Source: an uncultured delta proteobacterium
Lineage (GTDB): Bacteria; Myxococcota; Myxococcia; Myxococcales; Myxococcaceae
NCBI GenBank assembly: GCA_963796055.1
Contig: CAWCKH010000003.1
Span: 416,001-480,000 of the forward strand
DNA length: 64,000 nucleotides
Direction: 5' to 3'
Part shown: piece by piece, positions 24,556 to 33,680 of the stretch
How positions within the stretch are numbered: the stretch's first letter is position 1
Layout of the letters: each line of letters opens with the position of its first letter
The notes under the pieces: model-generated
The model's database searches: none
Seen by the model: only the letters and a program-made list of their open reading frames with translations
Told to the model about the DNA's origin: nothing
Position numbers and translations under genes: made by a program

Positions 24556-25329
24556 CTAGCGCGTCAGCCCGCGGTGGCTGGTGGTGACGAACCCGAGCAG
24601 CACCTGGATCTCCGGCTGGTCGCCGAGCTCCGTCCGGAGGCGCTCGATGGCCTCCTCCAGCGGCAGCTTGCTCCGGAAGAGGATGCGGTAGGCCTCCTTG
24701 ACCCGGGCGATCTGCTCCTCGCCGAACCCGTGCCGGGCCAGGCCGACGCTGTTGATCCCCACCAGCTCGGCACGGTCGCCCTGGGCGGTGCAGAACGGCG
24801 GCACGTCCATCACCACCATCGAGCCGCCGGCCACGAAGGCGTGGCGGCCGATGCGGGTGAACTGGTGCACCGCCGCCAGCCCGCCCAGGATGGCGTGGTC
24901 CCCCACCTCGACGTGGCCCCCCAGGGTCGCCCCGTTGGCGAACACACAGCCGCTCCCCACCTGACAGTCGTGCGCCACGTGGGCGTAGGCCATGAAGAGA
25001 TTGCCGTCGCCGATGCGGGTCACCCCCCCGCCGCCGGTGGTCCCCTTGTGGAGGGTGGTGAACTCGCGGATCAGGTTCTCGTTCCCGATCTCCAGCGCGC
25101 TGTCCTCCCCCGCGTACTTCAAGTCCTGGGGCTGCGCGCCCACCGAGGCGAACTGGAAGACCCGGTTGCGCTCGCCGAGCCGGGTGCGCCCCTCGATCAC
25201 CGCGTGCGGGCCGACGGTGGTCCCGGCGCCGATCTCCACCTGCGCGCCGATGACCACGTAGGGCCCGACCTCGACCGTGGGATGCAGCCGGGCTCCGGAG
25301 GCGACGATGGCCGTGGGATGGACGCTCAT
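24556..25329 (-). CDS. lpxA: UDP-N-acetylglucosamine O-acyltransferase
   Basis: MSVHPTAIV, PQDLKYAGE, HVAHDC, VHQFTRIG and hexapeptide repeats. Confidence 0.97.
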   Translation of the reverse strand: MSVHPTAIVASGARLHPTVEVGPYVVIGAQVEIGAGTTVGPHAVIEGRTRLGERNRVFQFASVGAQPQDLKYAGEDSALEIGNENLIREFTTLHKGTTGGGGVTRIGDGNLFMAYAHVAHDCQVGSGCVFANGATLGGHVEVGDHAILGGLAAVHQFTRIGRHAFVAGGSMVVMDVPPFCTAQGDRAELVGINSVGLARHGFGEEQIARVKEAYRILFRSKLPLEEAIERLRTELGDQPEIQVLLGFVTTSHRGLTR

Positions 25330-25766
25330 CGGTCCTTGTCCACCACCGTGGCCAGGAACTCGCCCTCCGCCACCACCTCGCCGTCCACCTTCGCCACCCC
25401 GCGGGTCTTGAGGATCGCGCCCTTGAAGCGCAGCACCTCCACCTCCAGCTCCAGCCGGTCGCCGGGCACGGTGGGCTTGCGGAACTTCGCCCGGTCGATG
25501 GCCATGAGGTAGGTCACCTTCCGGGACGGGTCGAACCCGGTGGAGCGGTAGGCGAGGATCGCGCTCGCCTGGGCCAGCGCCTCCAGCACCAGCACCCCCG
25601 GCATCACCGGGTGGCCCGGGAAGTGCCCCTCGAAGAACGGCTCGTTGACCGAGACGTTCTTGTAGGCCCGCAGCGCCTTGCCGGGGTCGATCGACACCAC
25701 CCGGTCCACCAGGAGGAACGGGTAGCGGTGGGGCAGCAGCTTCTGGATCTCCTGCACGTCCATCAT
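25326..25766 (-). CDS. fabZ: 3-hydroxyacyl-ACP dehydratase
   Basis: LPHRYPFLLVDRV and FFEGHFPGHPVMPGVLVLEALAQ motifs. Confidence 0.98.
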   Translation of the reverse strand: MMDVQEIQKLLPHRYPFLLVDRVVSIDPGKALRAYKNVSVNEPFFEGHFPGHPVMPGVLVLEALAQASAILAYRSTGFDPSRKVTYLMAIDRAKFRKPTVPGDRLELEVEVLRFKGAILKTRGVAKVDGEVVAEGEFLATVVDKDR

Positions 25767-25769
25767 GTC

Positions 25770-26816
25770 TCAGGACTCGTCCTTCCTCGACTCCAGCGCG
25801 GCCAGGCGCGCGCGCAGCTCCCTCACCTCGCGCAGCAGCTCGGGCAGGTGCTTCATCGCCGCCGACTGCCGCAGCCACAGCGCACGCTCCACCGCGGGGT
25901 ACCCGGAGAAGGTGGCGCCGGGCGGCACGTCGTGCGGCACACCCGATTGCGCGGCGACCCGGGCCCCGTCTCCCACCCGCACGTGCCCCACGATGCCCAC
26001 CTGGCCCGCGAGCACCACGCCGCTGCCCACCTCGGTCGACCCGGAGATGCCCACCTGCGCGCAGAGGATGGAGAGCGGCCCCACCCGGACGTTGTGCGCG
26101 ATCTGCACCAGGTTGTCGATCTTCGTCCCCCGGCCGATGACCGTCTCCCCGGTGGTCGCCCGATCGATGCAGCTGCCTGCCCCCACCTCCACGTCGTCCT
26201 CGATGCGGACCGTGCCCACCTGCGGCACCTTCACGTGCGCCGGGCCTGCCGGGTCGAAGGCGAAGCCGAAGCCGTCCGAGCCCACCACCACCCCGGGCTG
26301 GAGCAGCACCCGGTTCCCCAGCACGCAGCGCTCGCGCACCACCGCTCCCGGCTGGAGCACGCAGTCCTCCCCCAGCCGTGAGCCCTCGCCGAGGTAGCTG
26401 CCCGGCCAGAGCACCGAGCGCGGCCCCACCACCGCGTCCGCCTCCACCACCGCCAGCGCCATCACCGTGGCCGAGGGGTCCACCCGCGCCGAGGGGTGCA
26501 CCTCGGCTCGCGGATGCACGCCCGCCGCCGAGTGGGCCGCGGGGTGGAACAGCGAGAGGATCTGCGCGAATGCCAGGTGCGGCGAGGCCACCCGCACCCA
26601 GGCCACGTCGGTGCGGGTCACCGGCTCGCCGGGCGGGACCAGGACCGCAGAGGCGCGGGTGGTCCCCAGCTCCTTGCGGTAGCGCGGGTTCCCGTAGAAC
26701 GACAGCTCGCCCGGGCCGGCCTCCTCCAGAGAAGCCAGTCCCCGGACCCGCAGCGACCCGTCGCCCTCGACGGTGCCGCCCACGTGTGCCGCGAGCTCTG
26801 CGAGGGAGCGTTCCAT
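25770..26816 (-). CDS. lpxD: UDP-3-O-acylglucosamine N-acyltransferase
   Basis: GSDGFGF, KVPQVG, IDRAT and TKIDNLVQIAHNV motifs. Confidence 0.97.
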   Translation of the reverse strand: MERSLAELAAHVGGTVEGDGSLRVRGLASLEEAGPGELSFYGNPRYRKELGTTRASAVLVPPGEPVTRTDVAWVRVASPHLAFAQILSLFHPAAHSAAGVHPRAEVHPSARVDPSATVMALAVVEADAVVGPRSVLWPGSYLGEGSRLGEDCVLQPGAVVRERCVLGNRVLLQPGVVVGSDGFGFAFDPAGPAHVKVPQVGTVRIEDDVEVGAGSCIDRATTGETVIGRGTKIDNLVQIAHNVRVGPLSILCAQVGISGSTEVGSGVVLAGQVGIVGHVRVGDGARVAAQSGVPHDVPPGATFSGYPAVERALWLRQSAAMKHLPELLREVRELRARLAALESRKDES

Positions 26817-26830
26817 CCGCTCCCTGGAGG

Positions 26831-27394
26831 CTACTTCTTCTTGGCCGGCGTGGCGGCCGGCGCCGTCGAGCTGGTCTTGACCTTGTTCTGCTCGTTGTAG
26901 GTGCGGACCAGCTGCGGGGTCAGGTCGAGGGAGTCCGGGGCGTAGGCGATGCCGCCGGCGTCGAACACCATGGTGAAGCCCTCCCGCTGGGCGAGGGAAT
27001 TGATGATGTTCCGCATCTTGGCGACGATGGGCTGGAACTCCTCGTTCTCCTTCTGCGCCAGCTCCGCCCGGCCCTTCTCGAAGTTCTGCTGCAGGTCGAT
27101 GAACCGCTTCTGCAGGGCCTCGGCCTTGTCGTTCCGGGCCTGCTCGGTCATGGTCGCGGCCTGCTTGTCGAAGGTCTCCTTGTCCTTCTTCAGCGCCTCC
27201 TGTGCCTTGTCCAGGTCCTTCTGCTTCTGCTCCTTGAGGCCCTCGAGCCGGGTCCTGGCGGCTTTGGCCTCCTCGAGCTCGGCGAGCGCCTTCTGGAAGT
27301 TGACGTAGCCGATCTTCGCCTCCGCGTGCGCAACCGCGGAGAAGGTCAGCGGAATCGCGGCGGCAAGGGCCACCATCAGGCGACGGAACGACAT
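26831..27394 (-). CDS. skp: OmpH/Skp periplasmic chaperone
   Basis: Signal peptide (AHA|E), KIGYVNFQKAL, a coiled coil and DLTPQLV; directly upstream of lpxD. Start between 27394 and 27403. Confidence 0.9.
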   Translation of the reverse strand: MSFRRLMVALAAAIPLTFSAVAHAEAKIGYVNFQKALAELEEAKAARTRLEGLKEQKQKDLDKAQEALKKDKETFDKQAATMTEQARNDKAEALQKRFIDLQQNFEKGRAELAQKENEEFQPIVAKMRNIINSLAQREGFTMVFDAGGIAYAPDSLDLTPQLVRTYNEQNKVKTSSTAPAATPAKKK

Positions 27395-27507
27395 CACGTG
27401 CATGCTCCTCGGGGAAACTCCGGCGATTGGATGGGCGACCACCGCCGACCGGAGTGGAACGGAAGCCCCCCGGCGGGTGCTCCCGATGCGGTCGAAAAAG
27501 TCCGCGG

Positions 27508-27537
27508 ACACTAGGAGGAACGCCGCCGGTCCGTCAA
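27508..27537 (-). promoter_or_regulatory. Putative sigma70 promoter for skp-lpxD-fabZ-lpxA-lpxI
   Basis: TTGACG (27537-27532) - N18 - TAGTGT (27513-27508). Confidence 0.5.
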
Positions 27538-27579
27538 GCAGATGCCACTTGGCAGTCAGGCAGGCCTTTGGGTCGGGGG

Positions 27580-28968
27580 TCAGAGCGCCTTCACCTCGGT
27601 CACCAGCCGGGTCAGCGACGACTTGGCGTCGCCGAAGAGCATCGAGGTGTTGGGCGCGTAGAAGAGGTGGTTCTCGATGCCGGCGAAGCCGGGGTTCATG
27701 CTCCGCTTGAGCACGATGACGCCCTTGGATTTGTCCGCGTCGAGGATCGGCATCCCGTAGATGGGGCTCTGGGGATCGCTCCGCGCGGCGGGGTTGACCA
27801 CGTCGTTGGCTCCGATGACCAGGGCCACGTCCGCCCGCTCGAACTCGGCGTTGATCTGTTCCATGTCGTAGAGCCGGTCGTAGGGGACGTTGGCCTCCGC
27901 CAGCAGCACGTTCATGTGGCCGGGCATCCGCCCGGCGACGGGGTGGATGGCGTACTTCACCGTCACCCCCCGCTTCTCCAGGAGGTCAGCCAGCTCCCGC
28001 ACCACGTGCTGGGCCTGCGCCACCGCCATCCCGTAGCCCGGGACGACGATCACCTCGCTGGCGTAGGCCATCCGGAGCGCCGCGTCCTCCGCCGAGACGC
28101 TGCGGACGGTGAGGTCCTTGGCCTCGGCTCCCGCGGCCAGCGCCGGCTGAGCGGAGCCAAAGGCGCCGAAGAGCACGTTGCCGAAGCTCCGGTTCATCGC
28201 CTTGGACATGAGAATCGAGAGCATGAAGCCCGAGGCCCCGTCGAGGGCGCCGCAGATGATGAGGACATTGTTCTGGATGGCGAACCCCGTCGCGCTCGAG
28301 GCCAGTCCGGCGTAGGAGTTGAGCAGCGAGACCACCACCGGCATGTCCGCCCCGCCGATGGGGAGGACCATGAACACCCCGAGCAACAGCGCCAGGGCGA
28401 TCATCCCGTAGAAGACCGTCGGGGTTCCGGGGCGGAAGATGAGGAAGAAGAACATGGCGATCGCCACCCCGAAGAGGGTGATGTTGACCGCGTTCTGTCC
28501 CCGGTAGGTCACCGGCCTCCCGGTGATGAATTCTTGAAGTTTTCCGAAGGCCATGAAGCTGCCGGTCACGGTGAGCGCGCCGAACAGCACCTCGAAGCCC
28601 AGCGCGGCCATGGTCGACCGCGGCATCGAATGCTGGTGAATCCGGAACTCGGCGATGCCCACCAGCGTGGCGGCCAGGGCGCCGAACATGTGGCTGATGG
28701 CGATCCGCTGGGGCATGGCGGTCATCGGCACGAACATGCCCAGCGGGTAGCCGATCACCGTCCCCAGGATCAGCGCCAGGGCGATGAAGTCGAAGCGGAC
28801 GATCTCGTGATTGAACAGCGTGCCCACGATCGCCAGGACCATGCCCAGCGCCGCCTGCTGCATGCCCAGCCGGGCCTTGTCCGGGTGCGAGAGGCTCTTC
28901 AGGCCGAGGATGAACAGCACCGAGGCGGCGAGGTAGATCGCCTCGATGACCAGGTCGCGGGTGTTCAT
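27580..28968 (-). CDS. pntB: NAD(P) transhydrogenase beta subunit
   Basis: PIGGADMPVVVSLLNSYAG, VPGYGMAVAQAQH, IHPVAGRMPGHMNVLLAEA and GANDVVNPAA motifs. Confidence 0.98.
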   Translation of the reverse strand: MNTRDLVIEAIYLAASVLFILGLKSLSHPDKARLGMQQAALGMVLAIVGTLFNHEIVRFDFIALALILGTVIGYPLGMFVPMTAMPQRIAISHMFGALAATLVGIAEFRIHQHSMPRSTMAALGFEVLFGALTVTGSFMAFGKLQEFITGRPVTYRGQNAVNITLFGVAIAMFFFLIFRPGTPTVFYGMIALALLLGVFMVLPIGGADMPVVVSLLNSYAGLASSATGFAIQNNVLIICGALDGASGFMLSILMSKAMNRSFGNVLFGAFGSAQPALAAGAEAKDLTVRSVSAEDAALRMAYASEVIVVPGYGMAVAQAQHVVRELADLLEKRGVTVKYAIHPVAGRMPGHMNVLLAEANVPYDRLYDMEQINAEFERADVALVIGANDVVNPAARSDPQSPIYGMPILDADKSKGVIVLKRSMNPGFAGIENHLFYAPNTSMLFGDAKSSLTRLVTEVKAL

Positions 28969-29300
28969 CGGGCCCCGCCTGCGCGCTGGCCGGCCTTCTC
29001 CACCGCTGCGCCGGGCGCAGGCTTCACCTCCCGGCGGAACATCTTCAGCATCCGATCGGTGATCAGGAACCCGCCCACCACGTTGATGCTCGCGGCGGTG
29101 ACCGCGACGAAACCCAGCCAGTTCGAAACGGTGTCTCGGTTGGCGCCGGCCAGCACCAGCGACCCCACCAGGCTGATGGCGGAGATGGCGTTGGTCGCCG
29201 ACATCAGCGGGGTGTGGAGAAGCGGCGGGACGCGGGTGATGACCTGGTAGCCCACGAACGCGGCGAGTACGAACACGTACAGCTCGATGACGCTGATCAC
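28965..29300 (-). CDS. pntAB: NAD(P) transhydrogenase alpha subunit part 2 (membrane)
   Basis: VPPLLHTPLMSATNAIS and NVVGGFLITDRMLKMF motifs. Confidence 0.96.
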   Translation of the reverse strand: MISVIELYVFVLAAFVGYQVITRVPPLLHTPLMSATNAISAISLVGSLVLAGANRDTVSNWLGFVAVTAASINVVGGFLITDRMLKMFRREVKPAPGAAVEKAGQRAGGAR

Positions 29301-30415
29301 CGTCCGCTCCCTCCCGGCACCTGCCCGTTCAAGGTGACCAGCATCGCCCCGGTGATCTCGTCACCGGGGTCGATCTTCAACGCCCCCTCCTTGGTGGAGA
29401 GGTGCTGCACCAGGGTCAGCACGTTGCGGGCGAACATCTGGCTGGCGTGCAGGGGCACCGTGGCCGCGAGCTGCACCGGCCCGAGGAGGACCACCCCGCC
29501 GACCACCGCCCGCTCGCCGGCCCTCGTCCCCTCGACGTTCCCGCCGGTCTCGGCTGCCAGGTCGACCACCACCGAGCCCGGCCGGAGCGTCCCCAGCGCC
29601 TTGCGGTCGACCAGCACCGGCGCCCGCTTCCCCGGGACCTGGGCGGTGCAGAGCAGCATGTCCTGCTGGGGGATGGCGGCGGCCAGCGCCTCCCGGGTCT
29701 TCGCCTCCTCCTCCGCGGTCTGCGCCCGGGCGTAGCCACCGGCCGCCTCGGCGTCGGAGGACACCTCCGGACCGACGAAGCTCGCCCCGAGGCTCAGGAT
29801 CTGCTCCCGGGCGGCGAGCCGCACGTCGAACCCGGCGACCACCGCCCCCAGTCGCCGGGCGGTGGCGATCGCCTGGAGCCCCGCCACCCCGGCCCCCAGC
29901 ACCAGCACCCTGGCCGGGGCGAGCGTCCCGGCGGCGGTGGTGAGCATCGGGAGCAGCTTGCCCAGCTCGGCGGCGCCGATGAGCACCGCCTTGTAGCCGG
30001 CGACGGTGGCCTGTGAGCTCAGCACGTCCATCGACTGGGCGCGGGTGATGCGAGGCACCCGCTCCAGCGCCAGGAACGTCAGCCGGCGCGCGGCCAGCGA
30101 GGGGATCAGCGCGTCGGCCGGCTCGACCCCGAGCATGGAGACGATGGTCGTCCCCTCGGGCGCCTCGGCGATCTCCGCCGGGGCGGGCCGGCGCACCCGG
30201 GGCCAGAGCTCCACCCCGGTGAGCGCCTCGGCCCGTGAGCCGAGCGGCCGCGCCCCGCCCTTCTCGTAGTCGGCGTCGGTGAATCCGGCGGCGAGGCCCG
30301 CCCCCCGCTCGATCGAGATCCGATGGCCGGCCTTGGTGAGCCGCGCCACCACCTCGGGAACCAGTGCCACCCGGGCTTCCCCCGGTGCGGTCTCCCGTAC
30401 CACCGCGATGCGCAT
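29297..30415 (-). CDS. pntAA: NAD(P) transhydrogenase alpha subunit part 1 (dI)
   Basis: ETAPGEARVALVP, PRITRAQSMDVLSSQ, GAGVAGLQAIATA and DLAAETGGN motifs. Confidence 0.96.
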   Translation of the reverse strand: MRIAVVRETAPGEARVALVPEVVARLTKAGHRISIERGAGLAAGFTDADYEKGGARPLGSRAEALTGVELWPRVRRPAPAEIAEAPEGTTIVSMLGVEPADALIPSLAARRLTFLALERVPRITRAQSMDVLSSQATVAGYKAVLIGAAELGKLLPMLTTAAGTLAPARVLVLGAGVAGLQAIATARRLGAVVAGFDVRLAAREQILSLGASFVGPEVSSDAEAAGGYARAQTAEEEAKTREALAAAIPQQDMLLCTAQVPGKRAPVLVDRKALGTLRPGSVVVDLAAETGGNVEGTRAGERAVVGGVVLLGPVQLAATVPLHASQMFARNVLTLVQHLSTKEGALKIDPGDEITGAMLVTLNGQVPGGSGR

Positions 30416-30427
30416 CGCACACCCCTT

Positions 30428-32920
30428 CTAGAAGGAGTTGCCGATCGTGAACTCGAAGAGGATTGGGTCGTCGATCGGGCGTCTGGTGAGTGGAATGCCC
30501 CACTCGAATCGTAGCGGACCGACCGGAGAGAACCAGCGAATCCCGAAGCCGGTAGACCAGAACAGTCCCAGCGGAAGTGAATGCTGTTTGTCTTCGAAGA
30601 AGCTGGCATTCACGGCGAAGGCGTTTCCGGCGTCGACGAAGACCACGCCCTTGACCCCGACCTTGGGGACGATGGGGAACTCCAGCTCGAGATTGAGCAC
30701 GAACTGCTTGTTGCCACCGACCACGAAGGCGGTCGCCGGACAGTCGGGCCGGTTGCAGGTGGGCACCAGGATGGTGGGAGAGATCGAGCTCAGCGAGTAG
30801 CCGCGGATGGTGTTGATGCCGCCGAGGTAATAGAGCTCGGAGACCGGCAGGGGGCGGGTGCTGTCCAGATTCGCGATGTAGCCGATGGTGGTGTTGGTCT
30901 TGAACACCATCCCCAGCGGGAGCGACCAGTAGAAGCGCGAGAAGAGGGTGTAGCGCGCGTAGTTCAGGGTCCCCCCGAGGAAGTCCGGGGCGAACTCGGC
31001 CGAGGCGAACTGGTAGAAGCCCTTGCTCGGGAAGAGCCGGTTGTCGCGCCGGTCCCAGGCGAGGGTGAAGCGCACCGCCGAGGTGACCTGGGTGCCGATG
31101 CGGAAACGCCCGTAGAGCGGCACGGTGTTGGTGTTGATCACGCCGGCATTGGGCCCGGTTCCGGTTCCTCCCGGCGAGGCCTCCACCCACTCCCGGGTGT
31201 ACCCCACGCTGGCGATGAGGTCGTCCCAGATGTGGTAGCCGAGCCCCACCGAGCCACCCAGCGCCTGGCGGGTGAAGTCGAACTGGTCGATCTGGGTCCG
31301 GTAGACGTCGAGGGAGAAGATCCAGTCGGTGTCGAAGAAGTAGGGGTCGTAGAACGACAGCTGTATCAGCTGCCGGAGGCTGCTGAGCTGGGCGGACAAC
31401 GAGACCGTCTGCCCCCACCCCAGGAAGTTGTTCTGGGTGACCTGGGCGGTGAAGATGAAGCTCTCCACCGAGCTGAAGCCGAAGCCCACCTGGAAGCTGC
31501 CGGTGCTCTTCTCCTTCACCTCGACGGTGACCACCACGTGGCTGTCGTCGCCACCCGGCTTGTAGGTGATCTCCACCGTCTCGAAGAAGCCGAGCGCGGT
31601 AACCCGCTCCTTGCTTCGCCGCAAGCCACTTCCCGAGAAGAGATCGCCCTCGTAGATCCGCAGCTCGCGCCGGATGACCTTGTCCCGGGTCTTGGTGTTC
31701 CCGATGACCTCGATCCGGTCGATAGTCTGCAGCTTCCCCTTCTCCACCCGGAAGTCGAGCGCCACGGTCCGTTCCTGGGGATTGACCTGGGTCTCGGGGT
31801 TGAAGTTCGCGTAGGCGTAGCCCTGGTCTTGGTAGATGTCGGCCAGCGACTGGTCGTCCTTCAGGACCTTGGCCCGGCTGAAGTAGTCGCCCCGGCGCGA
31901 CTCGAGCACCGCGAACAGCCGCTCCTTGGGAACGATGAGGTCGCCGGAGAAGTCGATGCTGGAGATCCGGTACTGCTCGCCCTCGGTGATCTTCACCGTG
32001 ATGTAGATCAGCCGCTTGTCGGGCGAGAGCGCGACGGTGGGCTTCTCCACCTTCACGTTGAGGAACCCACGATCGTAGTAGGCGGCCTCGATGATCGCCA
32101 GGTCGCGCTGGAAGGCCTCCTCGCGGAAGGTGCCCTCACCGGTGAGGAATCCGAAGAAGTTCCCCTCCCGGGTGATCATCAGCGCCTTGAGCTCGTCGGA
32201 CGAGACCTTCTCCGCGCCGATGAGGTTCACCTGCTTCACCATCACCTTGGCGTGCTCGTTGATCACGAACACCACGTCGGCCTGGTTGGTGCCCTGGACG
32301 GGGACGACCTTGAAGGTGACCTCGGCGAGGAAGAAGCCCTTCTCGACGTACTTCTCCTGGATCTTCTTTTCGTTCCGCCTCACCGCGTCCAGGTCGAGGA
32401 TCTGGTACGGCTTGAGGTCGATGACGTCCTTGAAGTCATCCTTGTTGAGCTCCTCGTTCCCCTGCAGGAGCCACTGGCGGATCGACGGCCGCTCCACCAC
32501 CCGCACCACGTAGGCGATGCCCCCGTTCGGGAGCCGCTGGGTGAGCAGCTGGATGTCCTGGAAGTAGCCCAGGCTCCAGAGCGACTGGATGTCGGCGCCG
32601 GTGAGCGTGGGGTCGAAGGGACGGCCCAGCTTGTTCTTCAGCGCGCGCTTGATGACCTCCGGCTCGACCCGGCGGTTCCCCTCGATGCGGATCTCGGAGA
32701 TGACGTCCGAGCCGCTGGCCACCGGGACGTCGGTCTGGGTCGCCGCGCCCGGGGTGCCGGCGTCGGGTGCGCTGGCGCCCTCGGCGGCAGTCTCGGGGCT
32801 GGCGGGCGCCACGGTGCCCGCGTCTGCTTCCTGACCGCGCGAGGCGGAAGGGAGGACGAGCACGAGCAGGGCGGCGGCCAGGAGCCAGGTGGCGGTCGTC
32901 TTGCGTGCGGAAACGTTCAA
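30428..32920 (-). CDS. bamA: Outer membrane protein assembly factor BamA
   Basis: POTRA repeats (IEGNRRVE, GNTKTRDKVIRREL), IRGY motif, WFSPVGPLRFEWG and a C-terminal F. Start probably TTG 32920, downstream of TTGTCC-N18-TACAGT (32986-32957). Confidence 0.96.
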   Translation of the reverse strand: MNVSARKTTATWLLAAALLVLVLPSASRGQEADAGTVAPASPETAAEGASAPDAGTPGAATQTDVPVASGSDVISEIRIEGNRRVEPEVIKRALKNKLGRPFDPTLTGADIQSLWSLGYFQDIQLLTQRLPNGGIAYVVRVVERPSIRQWLLQGNEELNKDDFKDVIDLKPYQILDLDAVRRNEKKIQEKYVEKGFFLAEVTFKVVPVQGTNQADVVFVINEHAKVMVKQVNLIGAEKVSSDELKALMITREGNFFGFLTGEGTFREEAFQRDLAIIEAAYYDRGFLNVKVEKPTVALSPDKRLIYITVKITEGEQYRISSIDFSGDLIVPKERLFAVLESRRGDYFSRAKVLKDDQSLADIYQDQGYAYANFNPETQVNPQERTVALDFRVEKGKLQTIDRIEVIGNTKTRDKVIRRELRIYEGDLFSGSGLRRSKERVTALGFFETVEITYKPGGDDSHVVVTVEVKEKSTGSFQVGFGFSSVESFIFTAQVTQNNFLGWGQTVSLSAQLSSLRQLIQLSFYDPYFFDTDWIFSLDVYRTQIDQFDFTRQALGGSVGLGYHIWDDLIASVGYTREWVEASPGGTGTGPNAGVINTNTVPLYGRFRIGTQVTSAVRFTLAWDRRDNRLFPSKGFYQFASAEFAPDFLGGTLNYARYTLFSRFYWSLPLGMVFKTNTTIGYIANLDSTRPLPVSELYYLGGINTIRGYSLSSISPTILVPTCNRPDCPATAFVVGGNKQFVLNLELEFPIVPKVGVKGVVFVDAGNAFAVNASFFEDKQHSLPLGLFWSTGFGIRWFSPVGPLRFEWGIPLTRRPIDDPILFEFTIGNSF

Positions 32921-32998
32921 CCTCGTCGAGGAGCGGCGGCCGTTGGAAGGGCGCGCACTGTAGGGGAGGGAGGAGGACAGGGACAATGGTGAAAAGCT

Positions 32999-33673
32999 CT
33001 ACGCCGGCTCGACCTTGCCCCCTGCGAGCCGCAGCCTCCGCGGCATCGAACGGGCCAGCGCCTCGTTGTGGGTCACCACCACGGCCGTGATGCCCAGGTC
33101 GCGGTTCACCTCGCGGAGGACCTGATGGATGCCCTCGCCGGTGACTGGATCCAGGTTGCCGGTGGGCTCGTCGGCCAGCAGCAGCGCCGGCTCGAGCACC
33201 AGCGCCCGGGCCAGCGCCACCCGCTGTGCCTCCCCGCCGGACAGCTCGCCCGGACGGTGGTCCACCCTGGCACCCAGCCCCACCCGCTCCAGCAACCCCC
33301 GGGCGCGCCGCAGGGCCGCCGAGCGCTCCATCCGCTGCACCAGGGCGGGGATGGCCACGTTCTCCAGCGCGGTGAACTCCGGGAGCAGGTAGTGGCTCTG
33401 GAAGACGAACCCCACCGTCCGGTTGCGGAAGCGGGCCAGGTCGGCGTCGGGAAGCGCGAGAACGTCCACCCCGTCCACCGACATCGTTCCTGCCACCGGC
33501 GCATCCAGCGTGCCCAGCACGTGGAGGAAGGTGCTCTTCCCCGACCCGGACGCGCCCACCAGGCTCACCAGCTCGCCGCGCTCGATGTCCAGCGATAGCC
33601 CCCGCAGCACGTCGATGCGCGCGCCGTGGAGCCAGTAGCTCTTGGAGAGCTCGCGGATCTCGACGAAGGCCAC
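32999..33673 (-). CDS. lolD: Lipoprotein-releasing ABC transporter ATP-binding protein
   Basis: [43 protein letters not shown] and ADEPTGNLD; lies between lolC/E and bamA. Confidence 0.92.
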   Translation of the reverse strand: MAFVEIRELSKSYWLHGARIDVLRGLSLDIERGELVSLVGASGSGKSTFLHVLGTLDAPVAGTMSVDGVDVLALPDADLARFRNRTVGFVFQSHYLLPEFTALENVAIPALVQRMERSAALRRARGLLERVGLGARVDHRPGELSGGEAQRVALARALVLEPALLLADEPTGNLDPVTGEGIHQVLREVNRDLGITAVVVTHNEALARSMPRRLRLAGGKVEPA

Positions 33674-33680
33674 GGGTCCC

